From NCBI GenBank assembly GCA_028534125.1, contig CM052816.1, positions 35,218,001 through 35,282,000 of the forward strand: a stretch of DNA of 64,000 nucleotides. Direction: 5' to 3'. Position numbers and translations under genes: made by a program. This stretch comes from Lama glama. Its lineage: Eukaryota. Shown one piece after another: positions 1 through 13,419 of the stretch. A model generated the notes under the pieces. The model ran no database searches. It worked only from the letters and a program-made list of their open reading frames with translations, and was not told the DNA's origin. Each line of letters begins with the position of its first letter. Within the stretch, counting starts at the first letter, position 1.

Positions 1-819
1 TTTTAGCAATTTTATTATTCAGTATCATGAAAAATTAACCATGTTTCTAAAAATATTTTTTCTTTAGATGATTAAATTTCTCCTGTCTTTTCAAACAATG
101 TATCTGTGTTAAACTACAATATGTAATAGTCCAAAGATTTTCTTAAATTTTTAATTAACACAGAATGAATGTCAGTTACTACTGTCTAAAAGTTAAGTAA
201 ACAGTAATCCAAGAAAAAAATCCACAGAAGAAAATCTAATTACTGTGTAAATAATAATAAAATCACTATTAATAAATTAAAATGCTATGTTACATTTAAC
301 TTTTTTGTGAATTTGCATTAAGTCACCTAACTTTTCTGCTTTCATTTTTCATTTTTATCTTGAGTGGTATTCCAGTATTCCTAATTTCCTTGGAAATGTA
401 GATTTGGGAGTCATCAATTGATGTTTAAATCATGACAGAAGGGAAAGAAAGCCCACAGATACATGATTGAAAAGAAAAGAAAAGGACTGAAGGCCAAGGC
501 CTCCAGGCTAAAGCCTGAGGAATATTAATGATCAATTTCATCACAGCACTTAACGCTGATGTTTTCTTGTTAATCAATTATTTATGGCAACTTTCTGCCT
601 GCTGAATGCTGATTTTCAAGTGCAGAGACCTTGTCTATTATTCCTGGATGCCTCCATCTGTGGCACACAATAGATACTTACAGAAGTTGGTTAACACTGT
701 CTAATAAGAAGGCAGAGGAGGGGAACAGGAGAATGGGGACAAAGGTACAAGGTATAGAAGAAAAGATTTAAAAAGAGAAATGGAGAGGATAGGGAAAAGA
801 GAAGGGACCAAAAGCCAAG

Positions 820-1030
820 TGCATACTAAGCACCTTCCTAACTATCTCTGGGGCTCTAGAATGTGCCTTTGTCTTCGCATTCACTCCTTTAGTCCCCGTA
901 ACAATTCTGTAAGGTGCACATTACTAATTACATTTTACAGATGAAGAAACCGAGGTTTAGGGGTGTAAAAATTCACTTAAAGCAACTGAACTCATGACGA
1001 TTAGATTCAAGTTTCCACATTTTCTCCACC
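820..1030 (-). mobile_element. MIR SINE relic
   Basis: MIR core in reverse orientation: cattttacagatgaagaaaccgaggtttag. Confidence 0.7.
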
Positions 1031-1553
1031 CTGCCCTGCTGGTAAAAAGACAGCCTTTAAATAACACTGAAAGAAAGGAATCAACAAAGAATGAAGAAAA
1101 AACAGAGTTCAACTAATAGAATGAATAAATAATAGTATGGCATAAATTGACAACAAAGAGTTATTTTTGAAAGGCAATATGAGTATTAAAAGCTGTTAAT
1201 TGAATTTTCCATCACTGCAAACTTTAAAGAAAAATGTTATTTTAGGAATGAAGTTATAAAATACAACGGCATTTAGGAATTTTTTTCTTTCAAACTATTA
1301 AAGAAGACTGGCATTAATATAACATGAGTAATATTTGTGTAAAAATTGCTTTGTGCAAAATTTTAAACATAAATTTTAACCAAGTAGTAGAAGAAGAAAG
1401 TGGGCTTCAAGTAAACTAATAACACTAAAACTTTTCTTTAAAAAATTAGCTGGTCAATGCTATTGATGTCAGCAATACATAAGTAATAAGTTAATTACAT
1501 GATACTTTATTTAAAAAATATTTTGTAACCTATTATGGCTAAAGGACACAATA

Positions 1554-1837
1554 CAGTCGGCCCTCCATATCTGTAGGTTCTACACTCACAGATTCAACCA
1601 AATGGAGATCAAAAATATCTGGGGAAAAAAAAAATTCCAGGAATTTCCAAAAAGTAAAACTTCCGTTTGCCCTGTGCAGTCAACTATTCCCATTGCATTT
1701 ACATTGTATTAGGTATTATAAGTAATCTAGAGATGATTTAAAGTATCATCATGGGTGTAGGTTATATGCAAATACTAAACTGTAACTACAGCAGGGGCTC
1801 CTGGAACCAATCCCTCTTGGATACCCAGGCAAGTCTG
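1554..1837 (-). mobile_element. MER2-like TcMar-Tigger non-autonomous DNA transposon
   Basis: Termini CAGTCGGCCCTCCATATC... and ...GGATACCCAGGCAAGTCTG are imperfect inverted repeats flanked by TA on both sides. Internal ctggaaccaatccc and gattcaaccaa motifs match the recalled MER2 consensus. Confidence 0.8.
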
Positions 1838-2632
1838 TACTTCAAACACAATGCAGATCTCAAACATGCTTATCTATCATCTAAACTAATAGGATACATT
1901 TTTAAAAGATTTATGCTTAATGAAAAATAATACCAAGACCAAGAATAAAGACTAGCCGAGAAATAAGCACACATTAAGTCATCATTCCTGTGATACTCAA
2001 ATATCATCTACATAAAAGACAACAGTAGCTTACTAAGTGGCAGGCACTATTCTATGCACTTCTTAAATGTGTAAACTTTGAACCATTCCTCACAACAAAC
2101 CCAAGAGTGAGGAAAACTGTGAGTCCTAATTTACACGTTGGGAAATTAGCAGGTATTTAATTCTTGCCTAACTTTACTTTGTCCTTTTATTATATCCCTT
2201 TAGAGCTAGATAACCTTTGGGTGTTAAGTTTGTACTAAGATATTAAGAGATCCATAATTAAAAAGACAAATTAGAAATATGTACACATATATACATATTT
2301 ATATATAAATATATGAAAATGAAAAGTAGATTTTTCATTTGGTTTATATATTATGCATGTATGTGTATAAAAATAAAAAAGTTACTTTTCATTTACTGTT
2401 TACTTGATTTGGCTTACATATTCACTATATGCATAAAAATACGAGCACAGGAAATAGTTAAAATACAGTATAAAAACAGTTCGAATTTTTAAGGGTTACT
2501 TTTTTCTCCCCTGATAATGAACATACTGAGGCCTAATGCAAAAAAAGTCTCTGGCATCATCCATTAACTAGTCTGTGATATGAATTGACTTTATTTGTAT
2601 GAACTAAAGAAAAATGAGTATTTAAAGGAATC

Positions 2633-3280
2633 TTTTTTAACTGAATACAATTGACAGATAACATTATATTAGTTTCAGATGTGTAATATAATGATTTGAT
2701 ATTTGTGTTACTGAGAAATGATCATCATAACCACACAGTTATAAAATTTGTTTTCTTGTGATGAGAACTTTCAAGATCTACTCTCTTAGCAACTTTTGAA
2801 TGTACAACAGAGTACTTTAACTGTCATCATCATGCTGTATATTATATTCCCCTTATTTATTTTATAACTGGAAGTTTATACCTTTTGACCACCTTCACCC
2901 ATTTCACCCATACCCCACCCCTGACTCTGGCAACCACACACAATCTGTTCTCTGTATCTATGAGTTCATATTTTTGTTTTGTTTTGTTTAAGATTCTACA
3001 TTTAAGTGAGATCATACAGTATTTATCTTTCTCTGACTTATTTCACTTAGCAAAATGCCCTCAGGGTCCATTTATATTTTCACAAATGGCAGTATTCATT
3101 TTTATGGCTGAATAATATTCCATTTATATAAATATTTTATATATATCAATCTCACATCTTCTTTAGCTATTCATTTACTAATGGACATTTACATTGTTTC
3201 TGTACCTTGGCTATTGTAAATAATGCTACTAGGAATATGGGGGTGCAAATAGCTTTCTGAGTTAGTCTTTTCATTTCATA
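2633..3280 (-). mobile_element. L1 3' UTR fragment (older L1MA-like)
   Basis: T-rich start, then agatctactctcttagcaac, ggcaaccac, gagatcatacagtattt and ggctattgtaaataatgct, all typical of an antisense L1 3' end. Confidence 0.8.
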
Positions 3281-4289
3281 TTATTCAGGTCATATCATTG
3301 ACAGACAACATTATATTAGTTTCAGATGTGTAATATAAAAAAGCAGAAAACATGCAATATAAATTTGGTTTTTTGCATATGGTGTTTCTGGAAGGTTATC
3401 TCTGAGGTAGGGAACTGGGGACTAAGGAAAGGACATTTAGACCCCAGTACATGTACACGTACCATCTACTCAGAGAAGTTAATCAAGGTTTTGCCTTTAC
3501 AAATAAGAAATACGTAAGTTAATCCTGCAGAAAATCTACAATTCATACTTATGAATTCAAAGAGTATCTATAAATTAATTTACATGTGAACTAAGGCACA
3601 TTATTAGAAAAAACTGAAATACAATCTTTTATTTTAATAGTATTTCATAATATACACAGGTGAAAAGAGGCAACATTAGATGAATGACTTTTCTTGGCAA
3701 AGATGTTTCTATTACTTGCCTCCACAATTTTTTAGATTTAAATTAATAGATAGGCTTTAATTTTCATTGAATTATATACATGAAATAAACATCAATACAT
3801 CTAAGAGCCTGACTACAGTCCCAACCCTGATGACACATCTGAATCACCTTAGAATTTTTATAAGAATACAGAATCACTGGCCCATTTCAGTGGTGCAGCA
3901 CCTTAAAGTTACTCTTCCACAGAAGCATTCACCACCGAAGAGTCTGTATTTTGGTTAACACTGCCATTAATTAGAATCATGTGAAATAGTTAATACTTAC
4001 TCTTAAATAATATTTAGGCTAAGTTTTCACAATTTTCCATGATATCATGGTTTAATTTTTAGCTCTCCCAATTCTTCCAATATTCAACTAAACTCCCTTG
4101 CTGAAATTTTACACCATTTATAAGGTTGGAATTTATAAAGAGGAAAAAACAACAGAGCTGCTTATGTTAATTTCAGGCTTTTTTTGTAATGTTATTCATA
4201 AAACAATGCTTAAACAATCATTTGGGGGAAAACCATTTACAGTTTTAATATTTTGACTGTTTCTGAATAAACTGAAAAGTTATATTCTA

Positions 4290-4377
4290 GAAAACAAATA
4301 TATGTATGTATGACTGAAACATCATGCTGTACACTAGGAAATGACATATTGTAATTTGACTGACTATACGTCAATAA
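4290..4377 (+). mobile_element. Very short 5'-truncated L1 3' tail
   Basis: tatgactgaaacatcatgctgtacac...gactatacgtcaataaaaa. Probable TSD AAAAGT(T/A)ATATT at 4275-4286 and 4378-4389. Confidence 0.7.
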
Positions 4378-5096
4378 AAAAGTAATATTTGAATTATTAA
4401 CTGAACAGACTGAATTATGTAAAACTTTCACCGATATACAATGGGAGTATTATTAAGTTTTAAGAACTACGTACTGCAATTATTTCTAATTGTTTTATGA
4501 AATACACTGTAAAATCTCATTAACTGGCATCAATTTGGGGAATACCCAGTTTGATTTACAAACTATTACTTTAGTACTTTAAACTACATATAGCATTCCT
4601 TTGTAAATTCCTTAAAGACTTACTAGAGGCATTGCTTCAAGGAAGAATTAAGACATGTAGAAAGAAACAGCATTTCAAGTATTTAAAATAAATTAAGTAA
4701 AATAAAATATGATGCACTAATTGGTAATAAGGTATTATCATCATTTAATAAACAGGTACAAGAGCAAATTTGAAAGTACCAGAAAGTAGTTTATATTCTT
4801 AAACTGTATTATATATTCTCTCTAAAATATTACTAATTTATTTACTGAAAAATCTTTTCTTCAATGATTATGAAAGATAAAACTCCAGGTGATTACAAGT
4901 AAGAATTAATGAACTGCTGTATTTTAAATTCAGTCTAGTTTTTAGTTGTAGTTATCAAATGGGGATATGCTATCATTTAGTGACCTGGATAACTGTCTTT
5001 AGTTTATCATAATAATAATAATTCCAACATGGGTCATCTGCATAGAGAATTACTTAAAATAAATTAGATAGCCAGTTTTAACCTATCTGTCACAAA

Positions 5097-5328
5097 GGGG
5101 GGTGGAGGGTGGGAAGGGATAGACTGGGATTTCAAAATTGTAGAATAGATAAACAAGATTATACCGTATAGCACAGGGAAATTTACACAAAACGTTATGG
5201 TAACTAACAGAAAAAAATGTGACAATGAGTGTGTATATGTCCATGTATGACTGAAAAATTGTGCTGAACACTGGAATTTGACACAACATTGTACAATGAT
5301 TATAAATCAATAAAAAATGTTAAAAAAA
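5097..5328 (+). mobile_element. Young L1 3' end followed by putative 3'-transduced sequence (5329-5552)
   Basis: gggtgggaagggataga...tatagcacaggg...caataaaaaatgttaaaaaaa. The TSD CCTATCTGTCACAAA (5082-5096) recurs only at 5554-5568. Confidence 0.85.
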
Positions 5329-6127
5329 GAATTATCTGTAAAATATAAGAGGAAAAGAGAGGCTTGATTTGATTATATAGAATAATTAAAAACAGATATA
5401 ATAGTAATATTGGTGATTATAGTGTTAATTCTCCCCAAATAGCTGTCTCGTACCTGAAAGCATCTTTACTCTTGGTTTTATGTATTCTCTATTGTGATAG
5501 ATCATTAATTGTAGAAATTAAAGTAGACATTGCTAACCCCCCCCCAAAAAAACCCTATCTGTCACAAAATCAGACTATGAAGTAAATAATTCCACATCCA
5601 CATGGAGACAAGGAAACACTATAAACCACACTCAGAAAGTAAAAGATTTACTTGCTAAGGTCTCAAAAGCCAAGCAAAAGAAAAAACTTCAGAAGTTCCC
5701 CTAAAAAAATGAATATGCCAGGCAGTTATCAAGGATCATAAAGCAAGAAAGGGAATCAAGTGGGGTCCTTGGTCTACATGGTAGGACCCTTACTATCTGG
5801 TAGGACAGTAAAGGAGAGCAAAGAATTATAATTAATAATTCACAATGTAATGTATAGATCACTATGGCTCTATTAATAATAAAAATAGCAATAACCACAA
5901 TAATTTAAACACTTCATACTGATTTCCAGATTTATCTGGAATTGGGAATTTCAAATGCAGCCTTTTGCTTTCCCTATGGAGACATCTGAATCCATTTAAC
6001 AATCACATTGTACTATTTAGAATCACATAAACTAAAAATTACTAAAATATCAGCTATAGCATCATTAACTAGAATAGTTCTGTTTATAGACAGCATCCAG
6101 ATACTCACAGATAAACCAAGGATACAG

Positions 6128-6350
6128 CTGAGACTTCTTCAACCTTGGCACTACTGCTATTTTAGGTTGAATAATTTTGTGTGGGGTGTATGAAGGGAGG
6201 GGCTGTAATGTGCATTGTATGATATTTAGCAGCATCACTGGCCTCTCACCACTAGAAGTCAAGAGTGTCCACAGTTGTGACAACCAAAAATTTCTGGAGA
6301 CATTGCCAAATTTCCCTGGGGGGGCAAAACTGCCCCTTGGTGAGACCTAC
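6128..6350. mobile_element. MER20 hAT-Charlie DNA transposon
   Basis: tcaaccttggcactactg...tttagcagcatcactggcctct...gttgtgacaaccaaaaa...gacattgccaaat matches the recalled MER20 consensus. Confidence 0.8.
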
Positions 6351-6947
6351 CTACATAAGATAAAGGAAGGAAGGAAGGAACAGGAAGAGAGAAAGAAAGT
6401 ATTTATACTAGGCATTATTAAACAGTTAGTAAAAGCTGTACAAAGTTGAATTTCTTCTAGTTGGTAGATTTCCATGTGTTTATTGTAGTTTAAGGATAAT
6501 TATAAGGAAAAATCTTTTTTAAACAAAATCAATGTTTTGTTTTGTGAAAACAATAAACACATCATCAATCTCAGATAAATTCTACTGTTCTTAAAAAGGA
6601 AAAAAAAATCAACAAATATCTTTCTCCTTATTTCTTACTTCTATCTTAAGAATAACACCCTACATTCCTGCTGTCTCCCAGGAATAAAAACAATTGCAGT
6701 CTTTGTTTTCAGTTTTGAAGGTGAGAGAAGAGCTTTTTCCTTTGACTCTACAGATGGTTCCTGAAAGTGCTCTCCAGTTGACCTGAGGTGACTGACAAGT
6801 CTATTTTGCATTTACAAACAAGTTTAATAGGACCTGCATATTAACAAGAATAATACTTTGTTATAGCAACTGGAATTATTTTTTGCATTCACTTATTACC
6901 TATATACTACTCTTTCAAGTTTCTAATTTGATTATTCTTTGGCTTAC

Positions 6948-7137
6948 CATGGATGTAACTGATCGTGCATCTTCTTCATAATTTACTACTGGAGGTGGCT
7001 CTTTCCCATCATTTTCTTGCACTTTTTGCTCTAGTAATTCTTTCTGGGCTATAAACTTTGCCTCAGTGCACCTCAGCTGCTGGACTGACTGTTTCAGCTC
7101 TTCGAGTGTCTGTTTTTGGCTTAGCAGAAGTACAATA
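6948..7137 (-). CDS. FER: FER coding exon (190 nt, phase 2-0): (D)[63 protein letters not shown]
   Basis: Lies in ORF 6915..7151. Acceptor ctcttttAG|T, donor ATG|GTaagc. Contains the VVNYEED motif (Tyr402 in recalled human numbering). Confidence 0.96.
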
Positions 7138-8419
7138 CTAAAAGAGAACACATTTAATATAAATTATTTCAATTTCTTTAAGAAAAAAAATTTAAACAAA
7201 ATTATATATGTATATTATACTCCTATTTTCCTTCATTTTCCCCTTTATGAGTCCTTCAGAATCATAAGAATTATGAAACTGAACAAATTTTGAGTTACCA
7301 TAGTAGTTATTAAATTTAGCTAACATCAACAAAACTGAAGGAAATGTTTGGAAGCAAAAGCAAATTCAAGATGCTTTCAAATATATTATGATCTATGGCA
7401 TTCATTTTATTTTACAGCTAAACCATCTACCTCACAAAGTACAGACACTAAGGTCCAGAAGTGTAGAGCCTAAAATGAATTAATATGACTGAAGCAGAAT
7501 CTTAATTTACTTCAAATCTCAAATGGAATAGAGCTAAAGTCAGATCTGTGCCTAGAGTAAAATAAATCAAATCAAGGTGACAGCCTGGAACCAAGCTGTG
7601 TACATATTGTGAGGGGTGTGTGTTTAGAGTTGGGGAAAGCTGTTCTGACTGAGAACAGACTGAGGGAATGAGTATAACATAAGCCTCCAAAGTTTTGCAG
7701 TGTCACCGTTATACAGACAGAAGACTTCCCCATATCTCCTTAGAGAACTACATAGGCTACATGCTGCCTTTTTGTGACTTTTTAGCCCTTAGAGGCTGCC
7801 CCTAATGGGGATTTCAAACTAATTCACTCACATTAAAGCTACAAGAGAAAAGGTAGCGGTGGTGGAGAACACATCTGGAAACACTGTCATACACAGCATA
7901 TTAATACCTTAAAGAATTGTGCCATGCACTACTGAATGTAAGTTATTACTATATAAAAGACAATAGATTATCATTTAGGGAAAGCTTCAGAGCTGGAGAA
8001 TAAGGTCAGAAAATGTTACCTTTTCAAACTGGAACATTTAAAGATCAACATAACCTGAATAAGTAATCAGACAAAAGGAATACACAGTAAGAGAGATTTG
8101 TTTATAAATATGTTGCTGATCAATATTTTGAAAACTAAATTCCAATCAAACTGAGCACAGGATGCAGCCTCGGTGAATGCTATACAGAAAGCTGTAATCC
8201 CCTCAATCATGCTGCAATGAGCTCCAAGTGAGCATTCTAATAAAGAGGACTCAGAGAACTGAGTGAAATTTGGAAAAAGTGTAACAAATGAGTATTTATA
8301 AGAGAGACCTAGCAATATGCAAAAGACAAACCTCTCCAACCAGTGGAGTTAACAGCAAAAGTAATAGAGAGAGATACGCTGTACTGTCAGAGCTCATTAG
8401 TCCTTCCCAAGTAAAATCA

Positions 8420-8650
8420 GCATGGCACAGTGGAAAGACCGTAATTATACTGAACGAGGACAGGTTCAATTTCATGACTTAATCGCTATGCTTTTCTTAT
8501 CTTCAATTTTATCACTGGAAAAACTGATGATAATACACTTACTTTTAGGCTTTTTCTGAGACTTCAATGCGATAATATTTGAAAAATCACTAGCACAGTG
8601 CCTACCATAAAGTAAGAATTCAGTAAATGGCAATTATCATTTACATCATT
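8420..8650 (+). mobile_element. MIR SINE relic
   Basis: Degenerate core followed by cactagcacagtgcctaccataaagtaagaattcagtaaatggcaattat (MIR 3' end). Confidence 0.65.
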
Positions 8651-9229
8651 ATCATTCAACAAACTGTAACCTGTGCTCTCAATCCACACAGATTTCCTAA
8701 TAAATTCATGTTGGTTTGCTTATTAGGTAGTTAACTACTTTCTCATAATAAATTAGTTATCTTTTTTTATTTCTTGGCAAATCTCTCCAGATAAAGTTGA
8801 TTTTTGAAATAATCATTTTTGTGAACACAGATCGGTAAGGACCAGGTCCTGGAAAAGATTACACCCATATAAACCTAAAGCTCCCTGATGGTTCCCCCTT
8901 TGCGTTTCCCAGCTACCAAAAGAATCGCACCAATGATAGCAGTATAAGAAGCTATTTTAAATGTACAATATAAGATGGTAAAAAAAAATTTCTCAAGTAT
9001 ATCTGCAAGATCAGTCCCCCCAAAAAAGGTTAATGACCTCACAAATGTAGACAAAATCAATAGGAAAGTATACTTTAAAGAATGAAAATGAGCTTTCAAA
9101 AATAAAATATAAAATGACAAGTAAGGAATAATAGTCACCAAAAAAGTAAACACTCAGTATCTGACTAAAATTCAAAAAATGTATTTATGGGAGTAACAAA
9201 CATGTATTTCATTTTATTTTCAACTCTAT

Positions 9230-9363
9230 GAAAGGCTGAAACCAGTGTGCCAACACTTTACTTCAGACTTTTGGCCTCTAGAACTATGAAGGAATAAATG
9301 TCTGTCCTTTTTAAGCTGCTTGATTTCTGGTACTTTGTTACGGCAGTCCTAGGAAACTAACAC
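9230..9363 (+). mobile_element. MLT1 (ERVL-MaLR) LTR 3' fragment
   Basis: cagacttttggcctctagaactatga...aataaat...ggtactttgttacggcagtcctaggaaactaaca. Confidence 0.75.
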
Positions 9364-9369
9364 ACTTAC

Positions 9370-9790
9370 CACAGAATGCAACTTCAGGATAAAAAAGGAA
9401 TGAAAGTACCTGCATGAATCTCTAGAGAATTACGATAAATGTAAAAAGACAATTTCAAAAAAGCACATACAGTGTGATTCCATTTATATAAATTTCTGGA
9501 AAAGACAAAATTATAGAAATGGAAAACAGATTAATGGTTGCCAGGGGTTAAGAAGGGGGTAGACGGAAGGCAGCACAGCTGTAAAAGTGCCAAATGAGTG
9601 ATCCTTTGCAGTGATAGGGATGTTACACATCACGACTGTAGCAATGTTAATATCTGGATTATGATATCATATTATAATTTTGTAAGATGCTACCAGTAAG
9701 GGAGACCGAGTATAGGGTTTACAGAATCTGTATTAATTCTTACAACTACACGTCAATCTGTAATTATCTCAAAATTTAAAAATTAATTTA
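9370..9790 (+). mobile_element. Old L1 (L1MB/MC-like) 3' end
   Basis: catacagtgtgattccatttatata...gaaaacagattaatggttgccagggg...tctgtaattatctcaaaat. Confidence 0.7.
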
Positions 9791-11559
9791 AAAATATGCA
9801 TCCCTGCTGCTGCATCAAGCTTCCTCTGGTAACATGAGGTTCTTGACATTTCATATATCATGGGTCCCTAAATAATCTGTTCTAGAAAACAGACCCTTTT
9901 TTATTCTTCTTCAGGAGTTTCAAATATCTATTATATCACATTGGCAATCGGAATTCTGAGACACTGTCCTAACACCAAGAATTAGGTTAAAATATTAATT
10001 TCCTGGCTTTTAGTTTAGTGGTTTCAGAACAATTAGATTTGTGGGAGGTATATACCCTTTAGTGTGGCTCAAGCACTAACTTTTTTCAATCAATACGTCC
10101 GATCATGAAATCAATGAGCAACTTTAGCTTTATCCAATTAATCCCACTGAGCTCTACGCATAATGACCATTTCACACACAGTAACATCTTGAGTTTGTTC
10201 AATTACTTTTTAAAAGGTACTGCTGTAGTCAGTAACTTATATGCTTATACCACCATTGAGCAAACAAGCTATGTATATTTCAATAAGAAGAAAATTATAA
10301 TAAATGCACGATTGTGTAACACAAGATGCATGGGAAGCCATAAATAAATTTAAAATGTGGAAGGGATCAGGACTTTCGCATATGCTATCTACTCCCCATC
10401 TCGGACTTAACTTTCCACGCACTGTTCACACGGAGGGCACTTTCTGTCCTTCACATCTCTGGAAAAACACCACTTCATGGGAGAACTCTGACCACCTATC
10501 TTAAGTAGGTGCTTTGCTATTATTCCTCTACCTGAACTTCTTGTTCCACAGCAACTGTCACAATTGTTTACTTCCTGTTCAGCAGAAGCATATGCTCCAT
10601 GAGACATGATGCCACATATGCCTTACCTTTCACTGTATTCATAGCATCTAGTGGATGTGCAATAAATATTGATAAATGAATTCCCTATTTACACAGCACA
10701 TTTTAAATATATATAATCTAAAAATTCTGAGACAAAAATAAAAGGTCCCTGAATTTGCAAACCAGAATACTCCAGATGGTTTACGTATTACCTTTGTTAC
10801 AAGCTAGATGTGAATCTTTGCAAGTCTCTTAAAATTTCTGGCCTTCAGATGTCACATAATTTGAAAGACGGGGAGATTGAACCAACTGATCTCTTAAGAT
10901 CCTGCATGGCTCTAAGAGTTATGATTTTAATTGCATAAAGTACTTCTAAGTACTGGGTGATAATGATACAGAAGAATACAAAACTGAATAACCGTTCACG
11001 TTTTGGAACTCAAACCTAGCATTAAAATCAACAGTAATACTACCAGCACTTTATACCAATGAGTCATAAGTGACATATGCTTGGTATATTTTCCTATAAG
11101 CTATTTTCTAATACAGTAGTCAAGGATCATAAATCAGGAGAAGACTGATATTATTTCCATTTGAATAAATACGCTTTGGAAGTAATGAGTAAAGATACGT
11201 ATATTAGACTGATACTTTGTGTTGTGTTAAAATTATACCATTTCAGATGATTGGTTTTATTCCTTTCACTTTATTTTTCTAAATAAAATTTTGCAATAGC
11301 TATACCTCAACTGAGACCTGCATTATTTATATCAGTTAAAATTCTTCATTTGTTAGTGAGAATGTTATGTCAAATAAAAATCATTCTTTAAGTTTATTTT
11401 TCACATTATTTAATTATAGGAATCAAAGCTATCAAATTATTTCTCATAGAGTTTATTTTTTCACTGTTATAGTATGTTTTGGAGAAATTTATGTTAAATT
11501 ATGTAAAGGTTTTAACATTAGTCTTTCATATATTTTTACAGGAACAAATACGCTATTGC

Positions 11560-13415
11560 TTTTTCTTTCTTTTTTTTCTTATTGAATTATAGTCAGTTTA
11601 TAATGTTGTGTCAATTTCTGGTGTATAGCATAATGTTTCACACAAATACATACATAAATTCCTTTTCACATTCTTTTTCATTATGGGTTTACTATGAGAT
11701 ATTGAATATAGTTCCCTGTGCTATATATAGTATGAACTTCTTGTTCACCTATTTTATATATAGTAGACAGTATCTGCAAATCTCAAATTCCCAATTTATC
11801 CCTTTCCACCTCCTTTCCCCCCGGTTAACATAAGTTTATTTACTATGTCTGTCAGTTTACGTTTTGTAAATAAATTTGTTTCTTTTTTTTTTTTTAGATT
11901 CCACATATAAGTGATATCATATGGTATTTTTCTTTCTCTTTCTGGCTTACGTCACTTGGAAGGACGATCTCTAGGTCCACCCATGTTGCTGCAAATGGCT
12001 TTATATTTTATTCTTTTTTATGGCTAAGCAGTATTCCATTGTATAAATATAACACATCTTTATCCAGTCATCTGTAGATGGACATTTAGGTTGTTTCCAT
12101 GTTTTAGCTACTGCAAATAGTGCTCCTATGAACATTGGGCTGCATGTATCTTGCAAATTAGAATTCTCTCCAGATAAATGCCCAGGAGTGGGATTGCTAG
12201 ATCATATGGTAAGTCTATTTTTAGTTTTTTAAGGAATCTCCATACTGTTCTCCATATTGGCTGCACCAAACTACATTCCCACCAACAGTGTAAGAGGGTT
12301 CTCTTTTTTCCACACCCTCTTCAGAATTTATTGTTCATAGACTTTAATGATGGCCATTCTGACTGGTGTGAGATGATACTTCATTGCAATTCTGATTTGC
12401 ATTTCTCTGATAATTAGTGATACTGAGCATTTTCTCATGTGCCTATTGGACATTTATATGTCTTCAATGGACAATTGCTTGTTTAGGTCTTCTGCCCATT
12501 TTTGGATTGAGTTGGGTTTTCTGTCGTTGTTGTTATTAAGTTGTATGAGCTGTTTATATATTCTGGAAATTAAGCTTTTGTCAGTCACATTATTTGCAAA
12601 TATTTTCTCCCATTCCGTAGGTTGTCGTTTTGTTTTGCTTGTGGTTTCCTTTGCTGTGCTTGTAAGTTTAATCAGATCACATTTATTTATTTGGTTTTTA
12701 TTTCTATTGCCCTAGAAGAACACTGCGAAGATTTACGTCAGAGAATGTTATGCCTGTTTCTTCTTGGAGGTTTATAGTGTCTTGTGTTATATTTGTCTTT
12801 AAGCCATTTTGAGTCTACTTTTGTGTATGGTGTGAGAGAGTGTTCTAATTTCACTGATTTACGTGTGGCTGTTGAGTTTTTTACATGTGGCTGTCTAGTT
12901 TTCCCAACACCACTTGCTGAAGAGACTGTCTTTTCTCCATTGTATGTTCTTGCCTCCTTTGTCGAAGATTAATTGACTGTAAGTCTGTGGGTTTATTTCT
13001 GGGCTGTCTAGTCTGTTTCATTGATCCATATGTCTGTTTTTGTGCCAATACCATGCTGTTTTGATTACTGTAGCTCTGTAGTATTGTCTGAAGTCTGGGA
13101 GAGTTATTCCTCCAGCTTCATTCTTTTTCTTCAGTATTGCTTTGGCAATTCTGGGTCTTTTGTGATTCCATATGAAATTTTAGGATTCTTTGTTCTAGTT
13201 CTGTGAAAAATGCCCCAGGTAATTTGATAGAGATTGCATTAACTCTGTAGATTGCTTTGGGTACTGTGGCCATTCTAACAATATTAATTCTTCCAATCCA
13301 AGAGCATGGGATCTTTCCATTTCTTCAAGTCACCTTTAATTTCCTTAGTCAATGTTTTATAGTTCTCTCCCTATAAGTCCTTCATCTCCTTGGTCAGATA
13401 TATTCCTACATATTT
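11560..13415 (-). mobile_element. L1 3' UTR plus ORF2 C-terminal region, 5'-truncated
   Basis: Poly-T start, 3' UTR motifs shared with other young L1 copies in the window, and antisense ORF2 sequence that reverse-complements to match the 26748..27149 ORF region (e.g. gattactgtagctctgtagtattgtctgaagtctggga). Confidence 0.92.
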
Positions 13416-13419
13416 GAAC

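Noticed and set aside
1..6947. Testis-specific FerT promoter and first exon, known to lie in the intron following the ...SVTSM exon
   Set aside because: I found no CpG-rich promoter and no minus-strand ORF resembling a FerT N-terminus in this 6.9 kb. It probably lies further downstream, outside the window.
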